Source of the DNA: a virus
Taxonomy: Duplodnaviria > Caudoviricetes
Reading direction: 5' to 3' (one strand)
DNA: 64,000 bases
IMG/VR virus record: IMGVR_UViG_3300030330_004701
Span: 64,001-128,000 of that record
Program-made: the position numbers and the translations under genes
The notes under the pieces: model-generated
Database searches by the model: none
Seen by the model: only the letters and a program-made list of their open reading frames with translations
Told to the model about the DNA's origin: nothing
In this document: positions 19,696-29,739 of the stretch, in pieces
Layout: every line of letters starts with the position of its first letter
Numbering within the stretch: position 1 is the stretch's first letter

Positions 19696-21258
19696 TTAAG
19701 CTTGAGACACTTTGTTTATAATTAAACTTGTATCTTTTTTCTTAGAAACCTGACCCATAACTATAACAGTATTACCTTCATATAGCAACTGCTTGTTTTC
19801 CTCATATGCATCTGGAAAGACTATTGCCGAATCCAAACAGGCAGTCGAATCTTCAACAGATAGAAATGCCATAATTTGACCGGGATTTTTGCCGTTCTTT
19901 GTTTTGTATTCACGTAAGGAATTTATATGAACTGCAACATTAACACTTCCAGTCTTGCCTTGAGCTATCTCTTTGCAGGTAGTATTAACCAAAGAACTTT
20001 GGACTGCATCAGTCTTTGAATAACTTAACGAAGTGCCCAAGTACTTAATCTCTAGATCTGCAATCTGCTCTGGATGATCTACAAGTTCAAACGGAGGTGA
20101 TTCTGCTACATTTCTAAGATCAAAAACCTTCACGAGCCTGCGAGAGGTAATCTTAAGATTATTTATCATATTATCTAAAGACTGCACAAAGTTATGACTT
20201 GAGTCGTAGTTTTCTTGAAGCCAAGTTCTTTCTCTAGCAGATAAGTCTTTGTAGCTTTTATATTCATAGAGCATCTGGTTTCTGTGCATGCGGTTCTTAG
20301 TTCCATTAAAAGCACCAACATTTATCAGAGACTCCATTGATGTCTTGTTGATTCTTGCTCCTAAGTTGAACAGTACGTCAGACCAAGTAAATTCAGTAAA
20401 TGGCTTTTCGAGACTTTCTTCAAGCTCAGGTATTGCTTCCAGTAATTTTACAGTTTCAGAACTACCAACACCTTTTACATTATTAACACCGAAGTATATC
20501 TTATTGTCAGATATAGTAAAGTTGTTGAAGAACTTACCTAGTCTTGGTGGCATCACTTCAATATCATAAAGTTTGGCGTCTGATACTAATTCTCTAACCT
20601 CTGTATGTGGATCAGGTTTTCTGTCTGCATGTCCGAGGTAAGCCTCAAAAAACTCAATCTTGCGATGAACCTTGCAATACGCACTCCTATAGGCGTTAAC
20701 AGCGTAAGAGACAGCATGAGATTTATTGAAAGCATATCTGTTAGACTTTTCAATCCAACCAAAGATTTCTTCGGCAGTCTCTTTCTCTAGACCTCCAACA
20801 GAAATAGCACCGTCAATAAAAGATCCTTTGATCTGATTCATAAGGTCAGCTTTTTTCTTTCCGATAGCTTTACGAAGACTGTCCGCCTCTTTGAGGTCAA
20901 AGCCCGCCAGTTGCTGAGCAATCTTCATGGACTGCTCCTGATAAACAAGAACTCCGTAAGTTTCTTTTAGAATCGGCTCAAGACTCTCATGTAGATACTT
21001 AACCTCATCAATGCCAGCTTTACGGTCAACATAATGCTGAGTCATTGACTTGCCTTCAGTGAAAGCCTTTAAACATCCGGGCCTAATTAGAGAGATAAGC
21101 GCAGCTAGTTCTTCTATGCTTCTAGGCTGAACTCTTTTCGCCCAAGATCTACCTAGCTGTGACTCTAGCTGAAAGACACCCTTTGTCTGCCCTTCGCAAA
21201 TTAAATCCCAAACACCAGAGTCATTATAGTTGTCAATATTAAACGTAGAATTCTCCAT
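19696..21258 (-). CDS. dnaE: DNA polymerase III alpha subunit, C-terminal part (fingers, HhH, OB)
   Basis: GVFQLES, LIRPG, ETYGVLVYQEQ, LRKAIGKK, YAFNKSHA, NVKGVG, MAFLSVED OB-fold; start at ATG 21258. Confidence 0.92.
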   Translation of the reverse strand: MENSTFNIDNYNDSGVWDLICEGQTKGVFQLESQLGRSWAKRVQPRSIEELAALISLIRPGCLKAFTEGKSMTQHYVDRKAGIDEVKYLHESLEPILKETYGVLVYQEQSMKIAQQLAGFDLKEADSLRKAIGKKKADLMNQIKGSFIDGAISVGGLEKETAEEIFGWIEKSNRYAFNKSHAVSYAVNAYRSAYCKVHRKIEFFEAYLGHADRKPDPHTEVRELVSDAKLYDIEVMPPRLGKFFNNFTISDNKIYFGVNNVKGVGSSETVKLLEAIPELEESLEKPFTEFTWSDVLFNLGARINKTSMESLINVGAFNGTKNRMHRNQMLYEYKSYKDLSARERTWLQENYDSSHNFVQSLDNMINNLKITSRRLVKVFDLRNVAESPPFELVDHPEQIADLEIKYLGTSLSYSKTDAVQSSLVNTTCKEIAQGKTGSVNVAVHINSLREYKTKNGKNPGQIMAFLSVEDSTACLDSAIVFPDAYEENKQLLYEGNTVIVMGQVSKKKDTSLIINKVSQA

Positions 21259-21928
21259 TCGCAAACGCCTTTTCAAATTTAGTCTTCTGTGAAATGTTCC
21301 GCTGGAACTTCAAAAATTTAATCAATATATTAGCTGTGTCCTTCACATCCTGCAAGGCATCGTGAGCGTTTTGTTTGCTCTCTTCTGGAAAGCCCATATA
21401 CTCACGCAAGAAGTCCATACTAAGGCTCTTAAAGTCTTTGTTGTTCTCAGTCCAAGAGAAAACGATGTCCATCAAGTCTAACTTAAAGATAGGATTGAAT
21501 ACAGTCTGACGACCTCTAGCATCGGTTGTGCCGTGCATATCACACATACGCTGAACAATCGGAAGGTCAAACCCAATGATGTTGTAGCCAGCTGCGATAG
21601 GGGCAGTGTAAGAGCTTTTCTTAAAGTTAAATTGCATACAGAAATCTTCAAACTTCTTCCATACAGTCTTTGGTAGCGGAGCTTTTGCCAATGCTTCTCT
21701 GGTCTTACCTGTAATCTTCAATGCCTCTTCCTCTAAAGGATCAAAGCCAGCCTCAATTGCCTTCTTATCGTCAAGAATAGGGCGAATCTCACTATTGAAA
21801 ATGCCATTAGGTTGGATGGTTAGTTTTCTCCCATGCAAAGCAATAGCCGCAATTTGTGTCGGCTGTGTCTTGTGAGGATTCCTAGATCCTGTTTCAAAGT
21901 CAAATACAATTATGTCTCTATAATTCAT
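21239..21928 (-). CDS. DEDDh 3'-5' exonuclease (DnaQ/epsilon-like)
   Basis: ExoI VFDFETG, ExoII GYNIIGFD, ExoIII AHDALQD. Confidence 0.9.
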   Translation of the reverse strand: MNYRDIIVFDFETGSRNPHKTQPTQIAAIALHGRKLTIQPNGIFNSEIRPILDDKKAIEAGFDPLEEEALKITGKTREALAKAPLPKTVWKKFEDFCMQFNFKKSSYTAPIAAGYNIIGFDLPIVQRMCDMHGTTDARGRQTVFNPIFKLDLMDIVFSWTENNKDFKSLSMDFLREYMGFPEESKQNAHDALQDVKDTANILIKFLKFQRNISQKTKFEKAFANGEFYV

Positions 21929-22152
21929 CTAACAACACCTTTCAGTTCAACAAACTTATCAACTGCATCATCAATACTATAAAATAATTTACTGTACAAC
22001 TTCTTCTTATTGTCCGAGTGTACTTGGTAAACTCCATTAGCTTTTCCACGATATTGAGGCAGAAAGTGTCTCAAGTCGCAAAGACTAACATTTCTATACT
22101 CAATAGCGCAACCAGAAAAAACAACAGATTTGTAATCTTCTTTAGTGCTCAT
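21925..22152 (-). CDS. Hypothetical protein between the dnaE halves
   Basis: 75 aa ORF overlapping both neighbours. Confidence 0.55.
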   Translation of the reverse strand: MSTKEDYKSVVFSGCAIEYRNVSLCDLRHFLPQYRGKANGVYQVHSDNKKKLYSKLFYSIDDAVDKFVELKGVVR

Positions 22153-23722
22153 CTTTAATCTCCATAATTTTACTTAGTAGGTCAATGCCTAGAATATCAA
22201 ATTTAACGTGACCTTGATCCTCAAGGTCTCCCATTTCAAAACCAGCAACAAGATTCTTGTTTCTGTCTTGAACCATCGGGCAAACCTCTCTCAGTTTATT
22301 AGCAGAAATAATAACTCCTGCTGCGTGCTTGCCCTGTGATTTAATTGTACCTTCAATGTCAATAGCTTGCTCAAAGATTTCCGCTAAAGGCCCGATTAAA
22401 TCTCCTTCTTGATTTACCTTACACCACTTGACTAAGTCGCTAGGTTGGTAGAGTAGTGTCCATCTAATGAGAGACTTTTCTCCACTTTCTTCAATCAGGT
22501 CAGACACATCTGCTTCATTAGGAATATTCTTTGTTATATCATTCATCTCAGCAAAGGACACAGCGTTTGTGATGCGCATGATTTCTTTCAGCGCAGCTCG
22601 CCCTTGCAGTTTATTAAATGTCAACATCTGGGAGACATTATCTTCGCCGTATTTTGACTTAATATATGCGATAACGTCATCTCGCTTTTCCGCTGGAACA
22701 TCAACATCAATATCAGGCAAAGATACGTGATCTTCAGTATTACGTCCTGCATTGTAGAATCTTTCAAAGATCAAGTCATACTCAATAGGATCAATCTCTG
22801 TGATACCGATTAAATATGAGATCAAACATCCGGCAGCAGACCCTCGTCCGGGTCCCGGCAACCAGCCTTGTTCTCTAACATAGTTTACAATATCTTGAAC
22901 AATCAAGAAATAACCAGACAGATCTGCTTCAAAAATAACATCCATCTCGTTCTTGATTCTATCGAGATATTCCTGCTTTACACCCTCATCGTCAACCTTG
23001 CCCGTCTCGGCAAGCAAGGTTCGCCAGCCATCTCTACATAACTGTTTCAGGTATTCATCTTCATCGTACCCTTCTGGGCAATCGAATTTAGGTAGCATTG
23101 GTTTACCAAGAACATTATATTCTTCGCATTGCGCTGCAATGTCAGCAACTTTATCTATCAAATCACTACCATAGGCTGATTGGGCTTCATTTGGCGACAA
23201 CATATAATACTTGTCAGAGTCAAAGAATCCTTTGAGTTTTTTGAACCCGTCCTGTTTTAGCCTCTCTTTTGACTTAGCCATTGTAGTCTTCATTCCAGAA
23301 CACAGGAGTATCCTATGTAGCTCCGCATCTTTTGTTTCAGCATAGTAACTAGGCTGTTGCTTTAGCTTATCAATGCAAATCAAATTTTCACTGTGAGATT
23401 TTAATAGCTTGTAAACAACATCATCGCTATACGAGTTTTTCTTAGAAACTAAGTCAATCAGGTCAAACCATCCAGCTTTGTTTTTAGCCAAGAGAGTAGT
23501 TGGCTTATGACTTTCAAATTCAAATGTACAGCCAATGATAGGCTTAATGTCATTCTTCTTGCAAGTTTTGTAAAAGGCTACAGCACCAGAGATAGTATTT
23601 ATATCAGTGATAGCGCAAGACTTGTAACCAAACTCTTTGCATTTAGCCACGAGCTGTTCTGGTTTAGAATAGCCTCTCTGCAAACTAAAGTGCGTCTTAT
23701 TGTTCAGTGGAATCCAATTCAT
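22142..23722 (-). CDS. dnaE: DNA polymerase III alpha subunit, N-terminal part (shortened PHP, palm, thumb)
   Basis: AITD, GPGRGSAAGCL, FERF, PDIDVD, GKHAAG, KFDILG (all three catalytic Asp); start at ATG 23722. Confidence 0.93.
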   Translation of the reverse strand: MNWIPLNNKTHFSLQRGYSKPEQLVAKCKEFGYKSCAITDINTISGAVAFYKTCKKNDIKPIIGCTFEFESHKPTTLLAKNKAGWFDLIDLVSKKNSYSDDVVYKLLKSHSENLICIDKLKQQPSYYAETKDAELHRILLCSGMKTTMAKSKERLKQDGFKKLKGFFDSDKYYMLSPNEAQSAYGSDLIDKVADIAAQCEEYNVLGKPMLPKFDCPEGYDEDEYLKQLCRDGWRTLLAETGKVDDEGVKQEYLDRIKNEMDVIFEADLSGYFLIVQDIVNYVREQGWLPGPGRGSAAGCLISYLIGITEIDPIEYDLIFERFYNAGRNTEDHVSLPDIDVDVPAEKRDDVIAYIKSKYGEDNVSQMLTFNKLQGRAALKEIMRITNAVSFAEMNDITKNIPNEADVSDLIEESGEKSLIRWTLLYQPSDLVKWCKVNQEGDLIGPLAEIFEQAIDIEGTIKSQGKHAAGVIISANKLREVCPMVQDRNKNLVAGFEMGDLEDQGHVKFDILGIDLLSKIMEIKDEH

Positions 23723-24212
23723 TACAGTCCTCAAATTTATTCAATTCTGAAATAGCAACATTGTGACAATCTGCTCGAACTATGAAGCCATTAGATGGAT
23801 CTTTCTGGCCTTTTGTAAGTTTGCGAGCTTTCTTAAAATAATCATCGTGAGTCAACCAACCTAAGACCCACGCTCTTCCCCATCTTCTATTTTTATTTTC
23901 AATTCTAACAAAAACATATCTATCGCATTTTTGTTTTGTATTAAAGTTGGCGACTGAGCAATCATAGAAAGGTTTAGGTGGAGAAGTGCACCTTTTTGTT
24001 TTTACGTCATACTTAGTTCCGTCCTTTGCAACTAAGTCGTAATCATAAGTGTTATTAATTGTACCACCTATAACAACATTTGCAACCTCTTCTCCTAAAA
24101 ACCCAGCAATATTTCCATCGCCCTTCATGATGGAGTTTTTGATAACTCCCATCTCTCTGGACTTTGCCCATGCTCGTTTCTTCATATCTTCTGTAATTTT
24201 TACTTCAATCAT
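23697..24212 (-). CDS. Phage protein with PD-(D/E)XK-like motif
   Basis: GFLGE...YDYDL...YDVKTK. Confidence 0.55.
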   Translation of the reverse strand: MIEVKITEDMKKRAWAKSREMGVIKNSIMKGDGNIAGFLGEEVANVVIGGTINNTYDYDLVAKDGTKYDVKTKRCTSPPKPFYDCSVANFNTKQKCDRYVFVRIENKNRRWGRAWVLGWLTHDDYFKKARKLTKGQKDPSNGFIVRADCHNVAISELNKFEDCNELDSTEQ

Positions 24213-25225
24213 TATCCGGGAGCCTCATAATATCCAACATCGAAACCTTCTCTTGTGCAATTTTGTATTGTATCTAGCATACCAAATTGGTCTAGGTGAT
24301 TACTGACATGACGACACATACTTTCATCAGTTCCGGGCCAATCTTTCTTACAGAAGTCACAGAGTTTTTGACACTTCCAGTGAGATTGATTTCTTGACAA
24401 CATTCTTGGTCTAGTTGTCTTTTTGATTTCTTGAAATCTGTCTTTTAGCATACCAAGAAACTTTTGTCTATCAGACTCTTCAAAGCAAATACTGAACGGA
24501 CCTCCATCCCTAATAAAGTATATCGACATAATTGCGTCATCATATTCAGGGAAAAGCTTAGAAATAGCATAATGATAAAGCATTAACTGTGGGTCTTTGC
24601 AGAGCTTCTCGTATGTTTTTTCTTCTCCTGTAGCCCAGTTCAATCTACGCCCAGTCTTCCAGTCAATTACTTCGATAACACCATCTGACACTTCTGTCAC
24701 TAAGTCAATAGTGCCTTTAATCGCAAGCCTACCTTCGACCTTGCTTCCATCAGGCATATCGTATTCATACTTCGCCCAGTCTTCTTCAATAGGAATATCA
24801 AACTGTGGTTCTGCTGCAACGATATTTCTCTTGCGTGGATCAAAGTTGCCATCGTCATAACTTAGTGCTTCCCAAGTAAGCTTGTCGCAAAACTTGTAGT
24901 CGGCATTGGTATAGTGATGAGTGCAGGGCACAGTATAATGGTCGTAGCTGCGCTTAAGGATTTCGTTTACAAATTTCTTTGTTCCGAGTCTACGTTTAGT
25001 AAACTCGACCTCTCCGATAGCGTCATCCTCAAGCAACAGCTCGTCACCGTCTTGTAATAACTTCTTACAGCCAGCTAGAACTTCCATCACTTTATGGACT
25101 ACAGTGCCAAGCTGGGCCTTCTTGCCAGATACAGTACTATGCCCTAATACGTAGGTCATGAAGTATTGCATTTGACAATATTCAAAATTGTTATAGCTAG
25201 AACTTCTTATATATGTAACTAACAT
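24212..25225 (-). CDS. Cas4/RecB-like PD-(D/E)XK nuclease with Fe-S cysteines
   Basis: SSYNNFEYC, GTVVH, GTIDLV..IDWKTG, QLMLY, C..LCDFC. Confidence 0.85.
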   Translation of the reverse strand: MLVTYIRSSSYNNFEYCQMQYFMTYVLGHSTVSGKKAQLGTVVHKVMEVLAGCKKLLQDGDELLLEDDAIGEVEFTKRRLGTKKFVNEILKRSYDHYTVPCTHHYTNADYKFCDKLTWEALSYDDGNFDPRKRNIVAAEPQFDIPIEEDWAKYEYDMPDGSKVEGRLAIKGTIDLVTEVSDGVIEVIDWKTGRRLNWATGEEKTYEKLCKDPQLMLYHYAISKLFPEYDDAIMSIYFIRDGGPFSICFEESDRQKFLGMLKDRFQEIKKTTRPRMLSRNQSHWKCQKLCDFCKKDWPGTDESMCRHVSNHLDQFGMLDTIQNCTREGFDVGYYEAPG

Positions 25226-25226
25226 A

Positions 25227-26057
25227 TTACTCCTTGATTTTCATGATTCCGCCAACAAGTTGACGTTCATCATTTTCGGACTTTGGTTCTGTCGATTCGA
25301 TTACGCTACCGAGCCATCCCCATCCTTCTAGTAAAGAGATAATTTCTACGTTTGTCTCATTTAGACTTAAATTTTTGTTATCTATGGTCGCATCATAGTT
25401 GTCTATCAAATCACTTTCTGCCTCGCTGCTATGACCATCGTTGTCAACGCCTCTTGTTAGATGAATGACCTTGCCTCCAGCATTTTGTATAGCATCCACT
25501 TCATTTTGAAATCTGCAATCAGAAATAACTGCAATCAAAGGTTCTTCGGTGCGAATAGTTTTGATTGTATGATCCGTCCAGATGTCGGGATGTATTTTTC
25601 TGCAAATATCTGTTCCAAAGTGTTGCATGAACTCTCTAGCAGACATCTTACCAGTTTTATCTCCTTCATATCCGGGCATGTCTTCCCAGTTAATGAATGT
25701 CTCAGAGTTCTTCTGTTCATCAGTACCATAACACTGTGATCGGTTAAGACCAAATAGACCAGTACAAATTTCCTTCAATGCTCCAGCAAATGAATAATGC
25801 TTAATATAAGGCCACATACTTTCTGCCGCCCATAGTCCAAAATCCAGATCTGTTCTTGTGACATCTAGAACCGCAGCTGATGTCTCATTTTCGCCTTCAG
25901 CATTTGTGAATGTGGCATTGACCAAAAGTCTTCCCTTCTCATCAATTTCAAAACGGTCAATCAAATTGTGACACCTCATTTGATAGCCGTGTAAAAAAGA
26001 ACACGCAGAATTTTTACCGGATTGTTTTCTGCCAGCGAAAGCCAGAATTCTAGTCAT
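25227..26057 (-). CDS. Deoxynucleoside monophosphate kinase (phage type)
   Basis: AFAGRKQSGK, SFAGALK, REFMQHFGTD, ISDCRFQNE, HSSE. Confidence 0.85.
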   Translation of the reverse strand: MTRILAFAGRKQSGKNSACSFLHGYQMRCHNLIDRFEIDEKGRLLVNATFTNAEGENETSAAVLDVTRTDLDFGLWAAESMWPYIKHYSFAGALKEICTGLFGLNRSQCYGTDEQKNSETFINWEDMPGYEGDKTGKMSAREFMQHFGTDICRKIHPDIWTDHTIKTIRTEEPLIAVISDCRFQNEVDAIQNAGGKVIHLTRGVDNDGHSSEAESDLIDNYDATIDNKNLSLNETNVEIISLLEGWGWLGSVIESTEPKSENDERQLVGGIMKIKE

Positions 26058-27113
26058 TTATAATACTCCCTGTAACTTATTAATTATTTGATCTTGTATT
26101 TGTTCGACCGTCATATCCCCAACATCTTTTTGGTCAATTTCTGGTCTGTAATAATTGAATCTTCTACCGCAGCGTTTTAATATTTGATTAGCCGCCTTCT
26201 GTCCCGCCTCATCATAGTCTGTAAGTATGACAACATTCCTAGCGCCACTTCTTTCTATTAGTATCAATTGGTCTTCGCTAAGACTTGCGCCAAAAATTCC
26301 AACGGTATTTGTGACGCCGGCTTCGTGCATACGCCAAACATCGCCTTGTCCTTCTACTAGAACAATAGTGCCTTTTTTCATTATATCATCCTTAGCGACA
26401 TTATACCCGTACAAATAAGAACTTTTTTTGAAACCTTTGCTGTGTAGCCATTTTGGTTGCATATTCTGGTAGATTGCTCTACCGATACAGGCGACGTAAT
26501 TATTGTTCTCATCGTAGATAGGTACGACTACTCGGCCTGACATTGGTTTACCTTTGCCGATACACATACCTATGTCGAATTTCTCAAGAGTTTCCGCTTT
26601 ATATCCACGGTTGATGTAATATTGTGAAGGTATATCAAGTTTACTTACGACAGAACCTCTATCAATAACTTGCTCGTGCCTTACTGGTTCTCTCTGAAAA
26701 GTCTCTAATATTTTAACAACACTGTAATTTTCTACAGGTTGCTCGAATTCAATACTCTCTGGGTCTAAGCCTAAAAACTTACTGCAGAAATAAAATGTCT
26801 CTAATACTCCAACCTCTTTAGACTTTCTATTTGTAAGAAGACCGCGAACAAAACCAAAGGTATTCTTGCCATAGTCTTCGTGGCAGTTCGCTGTCCAGCA
26901 GTTCCAGTTGCCTTTTGAACTGACCCCATCGGTAAATATGGAACAACCTTCTGGATTGTCACCTCCGTGAATAGGACAAGCAAAGGCTAGTCTATTTGGG
27001 TATTCAATATAATCAATTTCAAAATATTTCAGCAAATCTTCAACTCTAGTTGCGAGCTGATTAGACACCGCTAATATCTGCTGATTCGTTAGTCGTTTGT
27101 TCAAAACCATCAT
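26058..27113 (-). CDS. dnaG: DNA primase (CHC2 zinc finger plus TOPRIM)
   Basis: CPIHGGDN...WNCWT..C, GRVVVPI, LVEGQGD, TDYDEAG. Confidence 0.85.
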   Translation of the reverse strand: MMVLNKRLTNQQILAVSNQLATRVEDLLKYFEIDYIEYPNRLAFACPIHGGDNPEGCSIFTDGVSSKGNWNCWTANCHEDYGKNTFGFVRGLLTNRKSKEVGVLETFYFCSKFLGLDPESIEFEQPVENYSVVKILETFQREPVRHEQVIDRGSVVSKLDIPSQYYINRGYKAETLEKFDIGMCIGKGKPMSGRVVVPIYDENNNYVACIGRAIYQNMQPKWLHSKGFKKSSYLYGYNVAKDDIMKKGTIVLVEGQGDVWRMHEAGVTNTVGIFGASLSEDQLILIERSGARNVVILTDYDEAGQKAANQILKRCGRRFNYYRPEIDQKDVGDMTVEQIQDQIINKLQGVL

Positions 27114-28530
27114 CCTTAATCTTGCTTGATTTATGGGCCTCGTTTCTTGTTTTGCCCTCAACAAGCTTACCAAATTTACCAAACATGTTCATATTGATAT
27201 AGTCACCATCATCAAGTCCGGCTCCGTGACGAGCAACAATTGGAACAAGTTTTCTGTTACCATGTTCCTCTCCGTCATCAGCCATCTCTTCGTCTGACTT
27301 CATCTTAAAAATAGTAAAGCTGGTACACAACCAAATCAATCTGTCAGAACCACTGACAACATCTGTTGATTCCTTTGTAATACCATCTCTGTTTAGCTGC
27401 ACAAAACTCAAACAAGGGACATCATGTTTTACGCAGAAGTTATGTAGCTGCGTAATTTGAAACCCTAATACTTGGAACTCCTGCATGGAGTTAGAAATAC
27501 TGTCCGAGTTCATCAATTTCAAATAGTCATAAATTATAATACAATCATTTGTTCTGCCATTTTCATCAAAGCCAACTTCTTGGTGAATCCATTTGCGCAT
27601 AATTGCAAGAATGTTTTCAAATGGCTGACCAGCAATACTAACGTAGTGATATGGGATATTCTGTAGTTCTTCGGCTGCCTTTTCTACTTTCTCAATATCT
27701 AAATCATTGTTAGCGAATTTGCCACTAGCTAACTTGTTAATCTCCACGCCGCTGAGGTTTGCCAGCATACGATTGAGGTGGTCTTCTTTTGACATTTCAG
27801 TATCTAACATCAACACTGGGATATTTAAGTTTCTAGATACGTGCATGGCTACAGCGTCACCAAACATGGACTTACCGACTTTAGGACGGGCAGCAACCAG
27901 ATCTACACATTTCCTGCGTATACCTCCACCAATAGCCTCATCAAAGCGGGGAAATCCGGTGCTTATGCCCAGCATTTCATTTTGGTTTTCTTTCAAAAAC
28001 TCAACGTATTCGCCTACATCTTCACCAATAATTTTTGGTTTATTATCTGAGCCTTGATATATCTTTGAAGTGGCATCAAGAATAGGAGTTTCGATCAAAG
28101 AGATGATCTCTGCAATATCTTCGTCACCATTGATCTTGTCTACTTCTAAAGAACATTTAGCCAAAGTCTTCTTTACGTCACGAGCTATCTTGAGTTTAGC
28201 TAACTTAGCCCCATTGACAGGAATGTTATCTTCCAGAATGGGAGTATCAAACAAGTATCTTAAATAACCAGCTTCCTCTTTAATGATGTCGTAATGATTA
28301 AGCTGATTTGCGGCGGAAAGCAATGACGAAAGCTCCGCCTTTTGAGTAGACTCAAGAGACTTTTTTATACAGTCAAAGATAACCTGATTTGTTTGATCTA
28401 CAAAATACTCGGTACTGATATACTCAACCTCAAGCATTGCATCAATTCCGTATTGACACAAACCAGCGAGAACAGCAGATTCAGCTGCGGCATCTTCTAG
28501 CTTATTTTCATTTTGTTTAATTCGTACCAT
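27061..28530 (-). CDS. dnaB: Replicative DNA helicase, DnaB family
   Basis: AARPKVGKS, DTEM, IIYDYL, VQLNR; start approximate (ATG 28530). Confidence 0.9.
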   Translation of the reverse strand: MVRIKQNENKLEDAAAESAVLAGLCQYGIDAMLEVEYISTEYFVDQTNQVIFDCIKKSLESTQKAELSSLLSAANQLNHYDIIKEEAGYLRYLFDTPILEDNIPVNGAKLAKLKIARDVKKTLAKCSLEVDKINGDEDIAEIISLIETPILDATSKIYQGSDNKPKIIGEDVGEYVEFLKENQNEMLGISTGFPRFDEAIGGGIRRKCVDLVAARPKVGKSMFGDAVAMHVSRNLNIPVLMLDTEMSKEDHLNRMLANLSGVEINKLASGKFANNDLDIEKVEKAAEELQNIPYHYVSIAGQPFENILAIMRKWIHQEVGFDENGRTNDCIIIYDYLKLMNSDSISNSMQEFQVLGFQITQLHNFCVKHDVPCLSFVQLNRDGITKESTDVVSGSDRLIWLCTSFTIFKMKSDEEMADDGEEHGNRKLVPIVARHGAGLDDGDYINMNMFGKFGKLVEGKTRNEAHKSSKIKDDGFEQTTNESADISGV

Positions 28531-28664
28531 AATAATCCCACATTGGCCATTGCATAAGAAAACCACATAAGCGCATGTGGATAATCTTTTTGTTTTACAC
28601 AAGAAACACACACAACTAAGTACATTATCGAAGCTGTTGTGATCGCAAGCATACCTAAATTCAT
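28497..28664 (-). CDS. Small two-TM membrane protein (55 aa)
   Basis: Read manually: MNLGMLAITTASIMYLVVCVSCVKQKDYPHALMWFSYAMANVGLLWYELNKMKIS; fills the gap before dnaB. Confidence 0.55.
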   Translation of the reverse strand: MNLGMLAITTASIMYLVVCVSCVKQKDYPHALMWFSYAMANVGLLWYELNKMKIS

Positions 28665-28763
28665 TTACATTCCTCTAAAAATATAGAACCCCATACAAAT
28701 AGTAGCACTCAAAAATACGCCGAGTAGGAAGTCTTTCCATTCTAAAGTAATTGCTTTCTTCAT
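28665..28763 (-). CDS. Small single-TM peptide (32 aa)
   Basis: Read manually: MKKAITLEWKDFLLGVFLSATICMGFYIFRGM; TAATG-coupled to the upstream gene and abutting the next ATG. Confidence 0.45.
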   Translation of the reverse strand: MKKAITLEWKDFLLGVFLSATICMGFYIFRGM

Positions 28764-29116
28764 TATCCAAAAAATCCTTTGATCTTAGTTAAGATATCCC
28801 CACCTCCAAAACCACCTTTGAAGATTACTAGGTATGCTACTATAGCACCAACTATGATAAAAAACAACCACTTTCTCTTAGAAGCGACCGCATAAAACTT
28901 TTCTTTTATTGCTGCAATCTTCTCTAATCGGTAGTTTCGTCTTTCTTCAACCTTCTCTTTGCGTTCTTCTTTGCGTTCTTCCTTAGCCTCTCTTCTAGCT
29001 TCACCTCTAGTCCTAGCCGATTCTTCCGAAACTTCGGACTCTTCGCTATCGCCTACTTCGGTAGCCTTGTTAGGGAAAATTTTATCTTTAATACTTTGCA
29101 ATATATTTTTGAACAT
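28763..29116 (-). CDS. Hypothetical charged coiled-coil protein with C-terminal TM
   Basis: KEERKEERKEK run followed by WLFFIIVGAIVAYLVIF. Confidence 0.6.
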   Translation of the reverse strand: MFKNILQSIKDKIFPNKATEVGDSEESEVSEESARTRGEARREAKEERKEERKEKVEERRNYRLEKIAAIKEKFYAVASKRKWLFFIIVGAIVAYLVIFKGGFGGGDILTKIKGFFG

Positions 29117-29739
29117 TATAGCTCCTTAAGAAAATCTAAGTTTAGTTCCAAGTCTGTTTTGGCGAACCATCGGTGCCAAATATCACCCTCTCCTCCATCC
29201 CCATTAGAGGTGTAGAATTTTTTATATCCTAGCGATTCCATATAATCATAGCTCTTATAATTTGGAACAAATCCATGATGCTCAGCGCAAATTACCTTAA
29301 TATCCATTTTAGAAAAATCTATGCCAGATATTGCTTCATGCTCAAAGCCCTCTAAGTCAAGTGATAGAAAATCAACTGCTGTTATGGACTGATCGTCAAA
29401 AATTTGCTGCAGAGTTTTTGCTGGAGCTATGAATGATTCCGTCGAATCAGAAGCGCCTGAACAAGTCGCAGTCATGCCTCCGCCATGAAGTGTTATCGTT
29501 GGTTTATCATACTGGTCAGATACAATAGCGGCATGCACAAATTTAGTTGCCGGTCTATTAAGCAAAAAACCAGCTTCATATCTAATTTGAGCATCTATTG
29601 CTATGCCAGACCATCCAGCCCTTTCTAAATCAAAGGTGTTATTCTGTTCATTATAGTCATTGCAACCAGCGTCCACAAAAAAACCGCTACTACCAAATAT
29701 TGAGAGGGCTATCTTATCTACATTATCTTGAGCCGCCAT
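29116..29739 (-). CDS. FkbM-family methyltransferase
   Basis: GFFVDAGC, GWSGIAID, VDFLSLDLEGFE, ICAEH. Confidence 0.8.
   Translation of the reverse strand: MAAQDNVDKIALSIFGSSGFFVDAGCNDYNEQNNTFDLERAGWSGIAIDAQIRYEAGFLLNRPATKFVHAAIVSDQYDKPTITLHGGGMTATCSGASDSTESFIAPAKTLQQIFDDQSITAVDFLSLDLEGFEHEAISGIDFSKMDIKVICAEHHGFVPNYKSYDYMESLGYKKFYTSNGDGGEGDIWHRWFAKTDLELNLDFLKEL

Noticed and set aside
21239-21276. Programmed frameshift fusing the exonuclease to the DnaE C-half
   Set aside because: The frames overlap by only 20 nt, as many gene pairs here do; there is no clear slippery heptamer, and the C-half has its own ATG.
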